DNA from: an uncultured Candidatus Rokubacteria bacterium
GTDB lineage: Bacteria > Methylomirabilota > Methylomirabilia > Rokubacteriales > CSP1-6
Assembly: GCA_963758635.1 (NCBI GenBank)
Contig: CAVWWD010000004.1
Coordinates: 160,001-224,000, forward strand
Direction: 5' to 3'
DNA: 64,000 nt
Part shown: piece after piece, positions 37,764 through 47,838 of the stretch
Numbering within the stretch: position 1 is the first letter of the stretch
Layout: the number at the start of each line of letters is the position of its first letter
The notes under the pieces: model-generated
Told to the model about the DNA's origin: nothing
Seen by the model: only the letters and a program-made list of their open reading frames with translations
Databases searched by the model: none
Program-made: the position numbers and the translations under genes

Positions 37764-38853
37764 AGCCGTCTCGGAGGGGCGGGGCCTCGCCCCGCAGGGC
37801 GCGCAGATCGCGCGCGCCGACGTCGTCGCCAAGGTGACGGACGGCGTGTTCCACACGTTCAACAACATCCTGGCCGTGGTGCTCGGCCGCGTGGAGCTGA
37901 TGCTGGGGCAGGTGGACGCGGGGCGTCTCAAGGCCGCGGAGCTGCGCAACGGGCTCCTGTCCGTGCAGAAGGTGACGCAGGACGCCGCCGACCTCCTCGA
38001 GCGCGTGCAGGAGCTCGCGCAGCCGCCCGCCGACGAGCCCGAGCGGACGGTGGACCTCAACACCGCGGTCGGCGAGGCCATCGCTTTCGTGCGACCCCAC
38101 CTCGTCCTGGACCGCGCGCCCGGCGCCGCCCTGCGCCTGGCCTGCCGCGTGACGAGCGCGCCGGTGCTGGTTCGCGCGCGAGCCAGCGCGCTGCGCGAGC
38201 TGCTCGTGACGCTCCTCGTGGACGTGACCGACGCCACGCCGGACGGCGGCGAGATCACCGTGGAGACGGCGACCGCCGAGGGGGGCGCCATCCTCCACGT
38301 GGGCGGAGTCGGCGCCGCGGATGCCGGCCCGCCCGACCTGCTCGCCACGCGGGACCTGGTGGCCCGGTACGGCGGGAGGATCTCGGTGCGGCGGGAAGCC
38401 GATGGCGCCTCCACGGTGAGCCTCACACCGCCCGGCGCGATGACCGTGACGCGGGCCCGCCGCGCCGTCGATGCCGCGGTGCCGCCGGGCCTCGCCGTGC
38501 TCGTGGTCGAGGACGAGCCGGCGCTCCGGAGCCTGCTGCGCGACTTCCTCGAGTCCCAGGGCTGTCGCGTCTCCGTGGCCGCCTCGGGGTCGGACGCGCT
38601 TGCGGAGCTGGCCACGTCCGAGTGGGAGGTCGTGCTCTCGGACCTCCTCCTGCCCGGCGCCAGCGGGCTGGACATCGCCCAGGCGGTCAAGTCGCGGTCA
38701 CCGCGCACCGGCGTCGTGCTCCTCTCCGGGAAGCTCCTTCCCGAGGACCTGTGCGCGGACGGCGAGACGGTGGACGTGGCCCTCGCCAAGCCGGTGGACC
38801 TCGGCAAGCTCGGCAGCGTGATCGCCACCCTGGGGCGCCGATCGCGCGAATGA
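37756..38853 (+). CDS. Degenerate histidine kinase fused to a receiver domain
   Basis: H-box FHTFNNIL retained, N/G boxes eroded, intact REC (VEDE, SDLLLP, AKP). Confidence 0.75.
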   Translation: MPRAVSEGRGLAPQGAQIARADVVAKVTDGVFHTFNNILAVVLGRVELMLGQVDAGRLKAAELRNGLLSVQKVTQDAADLLERVQELAQPPADEPERTVDLNTAVGEAIAFVRPHLVLDRAPGAALRLACRVTSAPVLVRARASALRELLVTLLVDVTDATPDGGEITVETATAEGGAILHVGGVGAADAGPPDLLATRDLVARYGGRISVRREADGASTVSLTPPGAMTVTRARRAVDAAVPPGLAVLVVEDEPALRSLLRDFLESQGCRVSVAASGSDALAELATSEWEVVLSDLLLPGASGLDIAQAVKSRSPRTGVVLLSGKLLPEDLCADGETVDVALAKPVDLGKLGSVIATLGRRSRE

Positions 38854-38872
38854 CGGCGAGGGCGGCCGTGCT

Positions 38873-40099
38873 ATGCTTCGGGCCGTGCCAGCGCCCGCGG
38901 ACGTGACGATCATCGGCGGAGGCATCGTCGGCCTCGCCACCGCCATCGCGCTCACCGAGCGTCACCCGCGGGCCCGCGTGCAGATCGTGGACAAGGAAGC
39001 GCGCGTCGGCACGCACCAGACCGGCCACAACAGCGGCGTCATCCACTCCGGCATCTACTACAAGCCCGGCTCCTTCAAGGCGCGCCTGTGCGTCGAGGGC
39101 GCCCGGCTCATGACGGAGTTCTGCGACACCCACGGCATCGCCTACGAGCGCTGCGGCAAGGTCATCGTGGCCACGTCCGAGGCCGAGGTGCCGCGTCTCG
39201 AGACCCTGCATCAGCGCGGCACGGCCAACGGCGTGCCCGGTCTCAAGATGATCCCGGGCGAGGCGGTCAAGGACTACGAGCCGCACTGCCGCGCCGTCGG
39301 CGCGCTGCTGTCGCCGGCCACCGGCATCGTGGACTACGTGCAGGTGGCCCAGGCCATGGCCGCCCTCGTGGAGAAGCGCGGCGGCGAGGTCACGACGAGC
39401 GCGGCGGTGACGGCGATCCGCCGGGACGGCGCCGGCCTGGTCCTGGAGACGGCCCGCGGCCCGGTCCACACGCGTCACGTCGTCAACTGCGGCGGGCTGC
39501 ACTCCGACGCGGTGGCGCGCCTGATGGGCATCGAGCCCGAGGTGCGCATCATCCCGTTCCGCGGCGAGTACTACATGCTGCGCCCCGAGCGGCGCTCGCT
39601 GGTGCGCGGGCTCATCTACCCTGTGCCGGACCCCGAGTTTCCGTTCCTCGGCGTGCACTTCACGCGCACGATCCACGGGGACGTGGAGGCCGGCCCCAAC
39701 GCGGTGCTCGCCTTCGCCCGCGAAGGCTACACGATGGGCACGCTGAACGTGGGTGAGACGATCGGCACCTTCACGTACGGCGGGTTCTGGGCGATGGCCC
39801 GCCGCTACTGGCGGATGGGGATGTACGAGTTCTACCGCTCGATGAGCAAGGCCGCGTTCGTCCAGTCGCTCCAGCGGCTCGTGCCCGACCTCCGCGCCGA
39901 GGACATCGTGCCCGGCGGCTCCGGGGTCCGCGCGCAGGCGGTGTCGCCCGACGGCTCGCTCGTGGACGACTTCAAGATCAGCGTCACCGCGGGCGCCGTC
40001 CACGTGCTGAACGCGCCCTCGCCCGGGGCGACCGCGTCGCTCGCCATCGGCCGGCACATCGCCGGCCTCGCCGCCGACACGTTCACGCTCCCCGCCTGA
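38873..40099 (+). CDS. lhgO: L-2-hydroxyglutarate oxidase
   Basis: GGGIVG, HQTGHNSGVIHSGIYY, PFLGVHFT and NAPSPGATASL motifs. Confidence 0.93.
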   Translation: MLRAVPAPADVTIIGGGIVGLATAIALTERHPRARVQIVDKEARVGTHQTGHNSGVIHSGIYYKPGSFKARLCVEGARLMTEFCDTHGIAYERCGKVIVATSEAEVPRLETLHQRGTANGVPGLKMIPGEAVKDYEPHCRAVGALLSPATGIVDYVQVAQAMAALVEKRGGEVTTSAAVTAIRRDGAGLVLETARGPVHTRHVVNCGGLHSDAVARLMGIEPEVRIIPFRGEYYMLRPERRSLVRGLIYPVPDPEFPFLGVHFTRTIHGDVEAGPNAVLAFAREGYTMGTLNVGETIGTFTYGGFWAMARRYWRMGMYEFYRSMSKAAFVQSLQRLVPDLRAEDIVPGGSGVRAQAVSPDGSLVDDFKISVTAGAVHVLNAPSPGATASLAIGRHIAGLAADTFTLPA

Positions 40100-40102
40100 C
40101 CC

Positions 40103-40498
40103 TCAGGACTGCTTCGCCAGCCGCGCTTCCGCCTGCTGCAGGCGACCCTCGGCCTCGATCATCTGGCGGGCCAGCTGCTTGATGAGGGCCAGCGCGAGCG
40201 ACGGGTTGGCGCGCACGAGGTGCTCCAGCCGGTTCGACGGGATGACCATCAGCGTGACGGGCTCGCCGGCGACGGCGTGGGCGGACCGGGGGGCGTTCGT
40301 GAAGAGCGCGATCTCGCCGAGCAGCTCGCCCTTGCCGAGGACCCGGAGCACGCGCTCCTCCTCGCCGAACCGCCGGCGGATCTCCACGCGGCCTTCGTGC
40401 ACCATGTACGCCTCGCCGTTGGCCGCGTCGCCCTCGCGGAAGATGAAGTCGCCGGGCTTGTACGTCCTGGTCGGCACCTCTCCGATCTGGCGGCTCAT
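40103..40498 (-). CDS. Cyclic nucleotide-binding domain protein
   Basis: IFREGD...GELLGEIAL...PRSA. Confidence 0.88.
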   Translation of the reverse strand: MSRQIGEVPTRTYKPGDFIFREGDAANGEAYMVHEGRVEIRRRFGEEERVLRVLGKGELLGEIALFTNAPRSAHAVAGEPVTLMVIPSNRLEHLVRANPSLALALIKQLARQMIEAEGRLQQAEARLAKQS

Positions 40499-40538
40499 GG
40501 CGTATTCCTCGTGGTATAGAATGACCGCGGTGGTGCCT

Positions 40539-42150
40539 ATGGTACGCCCGTTCTCCCTCCTGGTGGCCCTCGCCGCTGCTGCTGTGCGCGCCCGAGGCTC
40601 ACGCGCAGATCACCGTGCAGGAAGCCATGCTCCGCGCCAAGCCCGCCGTCGTCCTCGTCAACACCGAGGTGGACGCGGAGGTCACGCTCGACTGCGGCGC
40701 CGGCCCCCTGACCGTCAAGCCCCCGGTGTTCCGCGAGACGGGCACCGGCTGGTTCGTCGACCAGGCCGGGTGGGTCGTCACCAACGGCCACGTCGTCCAG
40801 CCCGCGCACACGCCGCCGCGCTGGCTGGTGAACCAGCAGGCGCAGAAGGCGGTGACGACGGCCTGCCTGCCCGCCGCGCTCGCCAAGGCCGGGCTCGCGC
40901 CCGGCGAGCATCCGGACAAGGAAGAGGCGATCAAGCGGAAGCTCCTGGATCAGCTCTTCCCCTCCACGAAGGTGAAGCTGACGCCGACGGTCACCGTGGT
41001 CGTCTCGAGCGGCGTGAAGCTCAAGGCCGAGGTGAGCAAGTACACGCCGCCGGTGAGCCCCGAGCCGGGGATCATGTCCGGCCGCGACCTCGCGCTGCTG
41101 AAGGTGCAGGGCGAGGGCTATCCCGGTCCTCACGGTGGCCGACTCGAAGACGGTCCAGATCGGCGACTCCATCCACATCATCGGCTTTCCCGGCGTCGTG
41201 CTGACCCACGAGCTCCTGAACAAGTCGGCGTCGGTCGAGGCGTCGATCACCCGCGGCTCGGTGTCGGGATTCAAGGAAGACGTGGCCAACCAGCCCATGA
41301 TCCAGACCGACGCGCCCGCCTCGTGGGGGAACTCGGGCGGGCCCGCCGTGAGCTCGAAGGGGGCGGTCCTGGGCGTCCTCACGTTCGTGTCGCTGACACC
41401 GGGGGCCGAGGGGTCGATCGTCCAGGGCTTCAACTTCGTCATCCCCTCGCAGGCCGTCCGCGACTTCTTGAAAGACACGCCGGTGAAGCTGGACGGCAAG
41501 AGCCGGTTCAACGACGTGTGGTTCGGCGCGCTGCGCGCCTACTTCACCGAGGACTGGGCGGAGCGCGGTCAAGCAGTTCCAGGCGACCGACGCGGTGATC
41601 CCGAAGCTGCCCGACGTCAAGCGCCAGCTCGACGAGGCGCAGGAGATGCTGAAGAACCCGCCGCCGCGGCCCTTCCCGTGGTTCTGGGTGGCCATCGGCG
41701 TCACCGTGCTGAGCGCGGGCGGCTACGGCGTGCAGTTCTTCCTGCGCTGGCAGAAGAACCGCTACCGGGTGCAGCCCTCGGAGGTCATCCGGATGCTGGA
41801 GTCGGGCAAGGCGCCGGTGGTCCTCGACACGCGGCGGAGCGAGGTCTACGACGCCCTGCCGTTCCGCATCCCCAACTCGGTTCGCCTCGCCCCCGAGGAG
41901 GTGTCGGGCGGGGTGTCGGGGCTCGAGCTGGACACCGCCGCGCCGCTGGTCGCCTATTGCACGGATCCGAACGAGGTCACGAGCGCGAAGGTGGCGGCCG
42001 GGCTCCGGAAGCTCGGCTTCAAGGACGTGAGGATCCTCAAGGGTGGGCTGGGCGCGTGGACGAACGCCGGCCTGCCGATCGAGAGCCGCTCCGACATCTC
42101 CGCGGTGCGGGCTCGAGCTCTACAAGGCGCTGGCCGGCGGCAACGCGTGG
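40539..42150 (+). CDS. Trypsin-like serine protease - TM - rhodanese fusion (several frameshifts; ends approximate)
   Basis: VTNGHVV, RDLALLKV and WGNSGGP triad; TM WFWVAIGVTVL; rhodanese VAYCT...LKGGLGAW. Confidence 0.7.
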
Positions 42151-43796
42151 CTACGCTCAGGAGCGCCCGCGCGCCCGGCGCCCCCGTCCGGCGCGCGGGG
42201 ATCCGAGCCGCCCACGAGGCCGGCGCCCGCCGGGTCCATCCAGATGCACTGGGCGTGGCCGAAGAGGTCGTCCCACTCCTCGCCGACCTGCACCTCGTGG
42301 CCACGCTCCGCGAGGTCGCGCGCCAGCTCCTCCGGATAGCGGCCCTCGACGCTCAGCGCCCGCGTCGCCGTGCCCCACGTGCGCCCGTAGAGCCAGCGCG
42401 GGGCCTCGACGGCGGCCTGCGGGCCGAGGCCCCGGTGGAGCACCCGCGTGAGGAGCGCCGCCTGGGTCTGCGGCTGTCCCTCTCCGCCCATCGTGCCGTG
42501 CACGAACCGGGGGCGGCCGCCCTCGAGGTACATGCAGGGGATGAGCGTGTGCATCGTGCGCTTGAGCGGGGCGAGCGCGTTGACGTGCGCGGGGTCGAGC
42601 GAGAAGAAGCTGCCGCGGTTCTGCAGGACCACGCCGGTGTCGCCCGCGAGCACCGCGGACCCGAACGTGTAGTAGAGCGACTGGATCAGCGCCACCGCGT
42701 TGCCGGCGCCATCGGCGGTCACGATGGCGATGGTGTCGCCCCCCGCGCGGCGCCGGGGCCGGCGGGGCGGCCGCGCGCCGCATGGAAATCCGTGCCCCGC
42801 ATCGCGGCGAGGCGCTCGGGGGCGAGCAGCTCCTCCGGGCGGACCCGCATCGCGCGGGGCTCGGTCAGGTAGCGGTCGCGATCCTCGAAGGCGAGCTTCA
42901 CGGCCTCCACGAGCAGGTGGACGTAGTCGGCCTCGGGCAGGGCGGCGAGGTCGAAGCCGGCCACGATGCCCAGCAGCGCGAGCGCCGACATCCCCTGGGT
43001 CGGCGGCGGGAAGCTCACCGCCTCGCCCGCCGCGTAGGGGATGCGCAGCGGGCTCCATCCATTCCGAGTGGTGCTCGAAGAAGTCGGCGAACGCCAGCGG
43101 GCTGCCCGCGCCTGCCGCCGCCGCGGCGAGCCGCCGGCCGAGGTCGCCGCGATAGAAGACGTCGGCGCCGCCGTCCCGCACGGCCTCGAGCGTCCGGGCG
43201 AGGTCGCGCTGCACGAGCGGGCCGCGCGCGAGCGCGTCAGGATGATAGAGCGGCCAGAGGGCCGCGCGCGTCTCCGGGGCGGCGCCGTCCCCGAACAGGT
43301 CCGGCTCGCGCGGGGGCGGCCGCCGCTGACCCGCCGAGGGCGCGAACCCGTCCCGAGCGTGCCCGATGGCGTCGCGCAGGAGCGCGGGCCACGGCAGCCG
43401 CGAGCCCATCTCCTCGACGCTGTAGCGATGCGCGCGCCACCAGCCGTCCACCGCGCCGGGCACCGTCACCGCGGCGAGCCCGCCGCGCGCGGGGATGGCC
43501 CCGGAGACGCCGCGGGCCGCGTACCACCCGATGGTGGCGGACGCGGCGGCCCGGCCGATGCCGCAGAGGGCGCGGAGCCGGCCGGCGGCCGCGTCGTGGA
43601 TGAGCCACACGTTGTCGCCGCCGAGCCCGTTCATGTGCGGATACACGACGGCGACGGTGGCGGCGGCGGCGATGGCGGCATCGACGGCGTTGCCGCCGGC
43701 CCGGAGCGCGGCGACGCCGGCCTCGGTGGCGAGCCGGTGAGGCGTGGCGACCATGCCGCGCGCCGCGCGCGCCTCGGGGAACCGGGTCGCGGTCAT
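42120..43796 (-). CDS. ggt: Gamma-glutamyltransferase family protein (frameshifts)
   Basis: GGNAVDAA, GDTIAI, LQNRG, HTLIP, GTMGGEGQPQ and SDPR motifs. Confidence 0.88.
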   Translation of the reverse strand: MTATRFPEARAARGMVATPHRLATEAGVAALRAGGNAVDAAIAAAATVAVVYPHMNGLGGDNVWLIHDAAAGRLRALCGIGRAAASATIGWYAARGVSGAIPARGGLAAVTVPGAVDGWWRAHRYSVEEMGSRLPWPALLRDAIGHARDGFAPSAGQRRPPPREPDLFGDGAAPETRAALWPLYHPDALARGPLVQRDLARTLEAVRDGGADVFYRGDLGRRLAAAAAGAGSPLAFADFFEHHSEWMEPAAHPLRGGRGGELPAADPGDVGARAAGHRGRLRPRRPARGRLRPPARGGREARLRGSRPLPDRAPRDAGPPGGAARPRAPRRDAGHGFPCGARPPRRPRRRAGGDTIAIVTADGAGNAVALIQSLYYTFGSAVLAGDTGVVLQNRGSFFSLDPAHVNALAPLKRTMHTLIPCMYLEGGRPRFVHGTMGGEGQPQTQAALLTRVLHRGLGPQAAVEAPRWLYGRTWGTATRALSVEGRYPEELARDLAERGHEVQVGEEWDDLFGHAQCIWMDPAGAGLVGGSDPRAPDGGAGRAGAPERSHALPPASAL

Positions 43797-43913
43797 GGTA
43801 GTGTCCACTGTACTCGGAAACCGGCGCTGCGCCCCCGTGAGACCCGAGCCCGCCGCGTGATCACGCGGCGAGCGGAGCGGGCCGGCGCCCGGTCGCGAAG
43901 GAGGCGCTCAGGG

Positions 43914-44759
43914 ATGGGCAGGATCGTCTACGCCGGCGCGATGTCGCACGTGCTGTACCCCGACTACTACGGCAAGAACGTGGGGCCCCACGGCCGGAAG
44001 ATGGTCGAGGAGCTGATCGAGGTCGTGCGCGACATGGGGGTCGCGCTTCGCGCGGCGCGCCCCGACGCGCTGGTCGTCATCGCCGACGACCACCTCAACG
44101 TGTTCTCCTTCGACGCGGTGCCCGCCCTCTGCGTCCGCGTGGGCCGCTTCGTCGATCGCATGGTCCAGGAGGACGCGATCGAGTTCGACCGCGCGCTGGA
44201 GGGGCTGCCCGCCCGCTACCCTCTCCACGAGGACCTGGCCAACCGGCTCCTGGAGCAGGGGATGGAGGCGGGCTTCGACCTGGCCGCGTCCTGGTCGGCG
44301 CCGCTCGATCACGCGTTCCTGAGCCCGGTGGGGACCCTGTGCGGGGCCGAGCCCGCGCCGCCCCTGGTGCCGTTCTGGGTGAACTGCTTCCTGGCCCCGC
44401 AGCCCACCGCGCGCCGCTGCTTCGCCGCCGGCCGGCTGCTCGCCCGCGTCGTGGCCGAGGGGCCGTGGAACGTGGCCGTGATCGCCACGGGCGGGCTGAG
44501 CCACTTCCCGGAGCTGTCGCTGGCGCGCGTGGGCCAGTCCGATCCCGCGTTCGACCGGCGCGTTGTCCGCTGGCTCGAGGCCGGAGAGCACGAGCCGCTC
44601 TGCGCGCTCAGCGCCAAGGAGCTCCACGAGACGGGCTCCCACGAGCTCCTGAACTGGATGGTCCTGGTCGGCGCGGTCAGCCCCGCGCGCGCCCGCGTGC
44701 GCTTCTTCGGCGAGATGGGCCGCATCGACCTCGCCGCCCTGGAGTGGGACACGAGATGA
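43914..44759 (+). CDS. Class III extradiol dioxygenase, LigB-like subunit
   Basis: AMSHV, DDHL, LDHAF, GGLSHF and HELLNW motifs. Confidence 0.88.
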   Translation: MGRIVYAGAMSHVLYPDYYGKNVGPHGRKMVEELIEVVRDMGVALRAARPDALVVIADDHLNVFSFDAVPALCVRVGRFVDRMVQEDAIEFDRALEGLPARYPLHEDLANRLLEQGMEAGFDLAASWSAPLDHAFLSPVGTLCGAEPAPPLVPFWVNCFLAPQPTARRCFAAGRLLARVVAEGPWNVAVIATGGLSHFPELSLARVGQSDPAFDRRVVRWLEAGEHEPLCALSAKELHETGSHELLNWMVLVGAVSPARARVRFFGEMGRIDLAALEWDTR

Positions 44760-44848
44760 GCCGCACCGGAGAGACACGCCGTGAACGGCATGCACGAGGT
44801 GGTGGGGGGGTATGGGGGCGGAGCGGCGCCGCTCCCCCCCATTTCAAA

Positions 44849-45064
44849 ATGAGCCGCTACGACCTGAACGTGATCCTCTACCGCCTCAAGAAGGACGCGG
44901 CGTTCCGGGCGCGCTTCCGGGCGGATCCCCGCGCCGCGCTGGCCGGCGCGGACCTGACCGACGAGGAGGCCGAGGCCTTCGTCCGCTGGGACTTGCGCCG
45001 GCTGAACGATCTGGGAGGGTCGCTCCATCTGCTGGTCTCGATCCCCGCGCTCGGCGGCCATTGA
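44849..45064 (+). CDS. LigA-like small subunit
   Basis: MSRYDLN...FRARFRADP...LTDEE...DLRRL, next to the LigB-like gene. Confidence 0.75.
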   Translation: MSRYDLNVILYRLKKDAAFRARFRADPRAALAGADLTDEEAEAFVRWDLRRLNDLGGSLHLLVSIPALGGH

Positions 45065-45183
45065 CGGTGCCCGCGAAGCGGGCAGGGGCCGCGCCTGGCG
45101 CTTGCCATCCGGCGTCCGGCCGGTGTATGTAAGGGCCACTCAGTACACCCGGTTCAGGGCGCTCATCGAAGAGGAGCCGACAC

Positions 45184-46857
45184 ATGTCCACGAAGCCTCC
45201 GTCCCGTCCTTCCAACGTCAACCGGCGCCAGTTCCTCAAGACCGCCGTCACCGCCGCGGGCGCCGCAGGCGTCGGGCCGGCGGTGCTGCGCGGCCGCGCG
45301 GAGGCGCAGGAGACGCCTTCTCCGATCCGGCCGGAGGCTGGGGCCAAGCGCGGCGGGACGCTGCGTTACTCGGTGCACACCGCGCCGGTGCACTTCGACG
45401 TGCACCAGTCCGGCACCGTCGCCAACATCGGCGCCCAGAGCCCGATGTACGACACGCTGATCCGCCGGCACCCGAAGGACGGGCAGACGATCATCCCGGA
45501 CCTCGCCTGGAAGTGGGACATCGCGCCCGACGGCAAGAAGTACACCTTCCACCTGCGCAAGGGCGTCAAGTTCCACGACGGGGCGGACTTCACGTCGGAG
45601 GACGTCAAGGCCACGTACGACCGCATCGCGCACCCGCCCAAGGGCGTGGTGATCCCGCGCACGCCGCTGTTCAGCACGGTGAGCGAGATCGTGGCGCCTG
45701 ATCCCCACCGCATCGAGTTCCGTCTGAGCGAGCCGCGGCCGCGCGCGTTCATGCTCGGCGCCTTCGCGAGCGGCTGGAACATCATCGTGCGCAAGAAGAC
45801 GATCGATGAGACCCAGTCGAACCTCCGCCAGGTCATGAACTACCCGGGCACCGGGCCGTTCAAGCACGTCTCCCGGAAGGACAAGGAAGTCTGGATCATG
45901 GAGCGGAACCCCAACTACTGGAACAAGGGGCTGCCCTACGTGGACCGGCTCGAGATCTACCACGCGCCGCCGTTCTCGGCGGAGCTGGGCGCGTCCTTCC
46001 TGTCCGGCAAGGTCGACTACGCGCGGCTGCTCGATCCGGTGTCGTGGCGCAAGGCCAAGGAGATGCCCGGGGTGACGGCGGCGGCCTTCAACCAGAGCGT
46101 CATCCAGTGCGTGTACGCGAACCTGAAGAAGAAGCCGCTCAACGACCCGCGGGTGCGCCGGGCCATCCACCTCGTCATGGACCGGAACGCCCTCGTCGAG
46201 GTGGTCAAGGACACCGCGCCGATGCAGATCGGCGGCTTCGTGTATCCGTTCCACGAGTTCTCGACGCCGAAGGCGGAGCTGGAGAAGAAGCTCGGCTACC
46301 AGAAGGACATCCGGCCGGCCGTCCAGGAAGCCAAGAAGCTCATGGCGGAGGCCGGCTACGCCGGCGGCATCAAGGGCCTGGACTTCCTGGTGCGCGAGGC
46401 CAACACGTTCAAGCTCTGGGCGGTGGCCATCCAGTCCATGCTCAAGGAGCACCTCAACATCGAGACCAACCTGCGCGTCGTCCAGATCTCGCAGTGGTTC
46501 GAGGAGGCGGCGGCGGGCAACTTCGACCTCGGCATCACCGCCATCGTGTCCACGCTGATGGATCCCTCGGACTACTTCACCGCCTGGTACGGCAAGGACG
46601 GCCCGCAGAACTACGGCGGCTGGACCAACGAGCAGTTCCACACCGTCGCCAAGCAGCTGGAGCGCGAGCTCGACGACAACAAGCGCAAGGCTCTGGTGCG
46701 GCAGGCCGAGGCCATCCTCGAGCAGGACCCGCCGCTCATCCCGGTGGCCTACGAGCAGATCTACGACGCCTGGTACAACAAGGTGCGCGGCCAGAACCCG
46801 TCCACGTACTTCGGCATCTACGACGTGGTCCGCTGGGACCAGGTCTGGGTGGCCTAG
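45184..46857 (+). CDS. Tat-exported ABC transporter substrate-binding protein, family 5
   Basis: NRRQFLK twin-arginine signal; LRKGVKFHDG and PGTGPF motifs. Confidence 0.92.
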   Translation: MSTKPPSRPSNVNRRQFLKTAVTAAGAAGVGPAVLRGRAEAQETPSPIRPEAGAKRGGTLRYSVHTAPVHFDVHQSGTVANIGAQSPMYDTLIRRHPKDGQTIIPDLAWKWDIAPDGKKYTFHLRKGVKFHDGADFTSEDVKATYDRIAHPPKGVVIPRTPLFSTVSEIVAPDPHRIEFRLSEPRPRAFMLGAFASGWNIIVRKKTIDETQSNLRQVMNYPGTGPFKHVSRKDKEVWIMERNPNYWNKGLPYVDRLEIYHAPPFSAELGASFLSGKVDYARLLDPVSWRKAKEMPGVTAAAFNQSVIQCVYANLKKKPLNDPRVRRAIHLVMDRNALVEVVKDTAPMQIGGFVYPFHEFSTPKAELEKKLGYQKDIRPAVQEAKKLMAEAGYAGGIKGLDFLVREANTFKLWAVAIQSMLKEHLNIETNLRVVQISQWFEEAAAGNFDLGITAIVSTLMDPSDYFTAWYGKDGPQNYGGWTNEQFHTVAKQLERELDDNKRKALVRQAEAILEQDPPLIPVAYEQIYDAWYNKVRGQNPSTYFGIYDVVRWDQVWVA

Positions 46858-46881
46858 CGCCAGGGGCGACCCGGGCGGGAC

Positions 46882-47835
46882 GTGCCGAAGTATCTCCTGC
46901 GGAGGGCGATCTTCGCCCTCGGCACCATGCTCGGGGTGTCGCTGATCGTCTTCGTGGTCCTCCGGATCCTGCCCGGGGACCCGCTGGTGGCCGTCCTGGG
47001 CTACGAGGGCCACGCGAGGCTCACGCCGGACGCCCGGGCCCAGATGATGCAGGAGCTGGGCTTTGCCGACTCGCTGCCCGTGCAGTACGTTCGCTGGCTT
47101 CGCGACATCGCGTCCGGGCATCTCGGCAAGTCCTTCTTCCGCGGCGACACCGTGGCCGCGATGATCCTGCACCGCGGGCCGCTGTCCGCGGAGATCGCCA
47201 TCCTCGCCCTCGTCGTCTCGTGGCTCGTCGGCCTGCCCGTGGGCGTCCTGAGCGCGCTCCGGCCCAACGGGTGGGCCGACGCCATCGTCCGGTCCATCTC
47301 CGTGCTGTTCATCGCGGTGCCCGGCTTCTGGCTCGGGCTCCTCGTCGTGCTCGCGCTGCTGTTCTGGTTCGGCTACAAGGCGCCGATCGTGATCGTCCAC
47401 GTGTGGGAGAACCCCTGGCAGAACTTCCAGCAGGTCATCGGGCCGGCGATGGTGCTCGGGCTCGCCCAGGGGGCGTACATCGCGCGCATGTCCCGCTCGT
47501 GCCTGCTCGAGGTGATCCGCGAGGACTACGTGCGCACCGCGCGCGCCAAGGGGGCCCGGGAGCGCGCGGTCGTGCTCCGGCACGCGCTCCCCAACGCGCT
47601 CCTGCCCGTGATCACGATCTCCGGCGTGCTGCTCGGCTTCGTCCTCGGCGGCTCGGTGGCGGTCGAGCAGGCCTTCGGCGTGCCCGGGCTCGGACGCGCG
47701 CTCGTGGTGGCCATCGTGGAGCGCGACATCGTCGTGGTGCAGAACCTCGTCCTGCTCTACGCGGCCATCTTCGTGGTGGTCAACGTGTTCGTGGACATGT
47801 CCTACGCGCTGCTCGACCCCCGCATCCGCTACTGA
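46882..47835 (+). CDS. ABC transporter permease (DppB/OppB)
   Basis: EDYVRTARAKG and LDPRIRY motifs. Confidence 0.93.
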   Translation: MPKYLLRRAIFALGTMLGVSLIVFVVLRILPGDPLVAVLGYEGHARLTPDARAQMMQELGFADSLPVQYVRWLRDIASGHLGKSFFRGDTVAAMILHRGPLSAEIAILALVVSWLVGLPVGVLSALRPNGWADAIVRSISVLFIAVPGFWLGLLVVLALLFWFGYKAPIVIVHVWENPWQNFQQVIGPAMVLGLAQGAYIARMSRSCLLEVIREDYVRTARAKGARERAVVLRHALPNALLPVITISGVLLGFVLGGSVAVEQAFGVPGLGRALVVAIVERDIVVVQNLVLLYAAIFVVVNVFVDMSYALLDPRIRY

Positions 47836-47838
47836 GCC

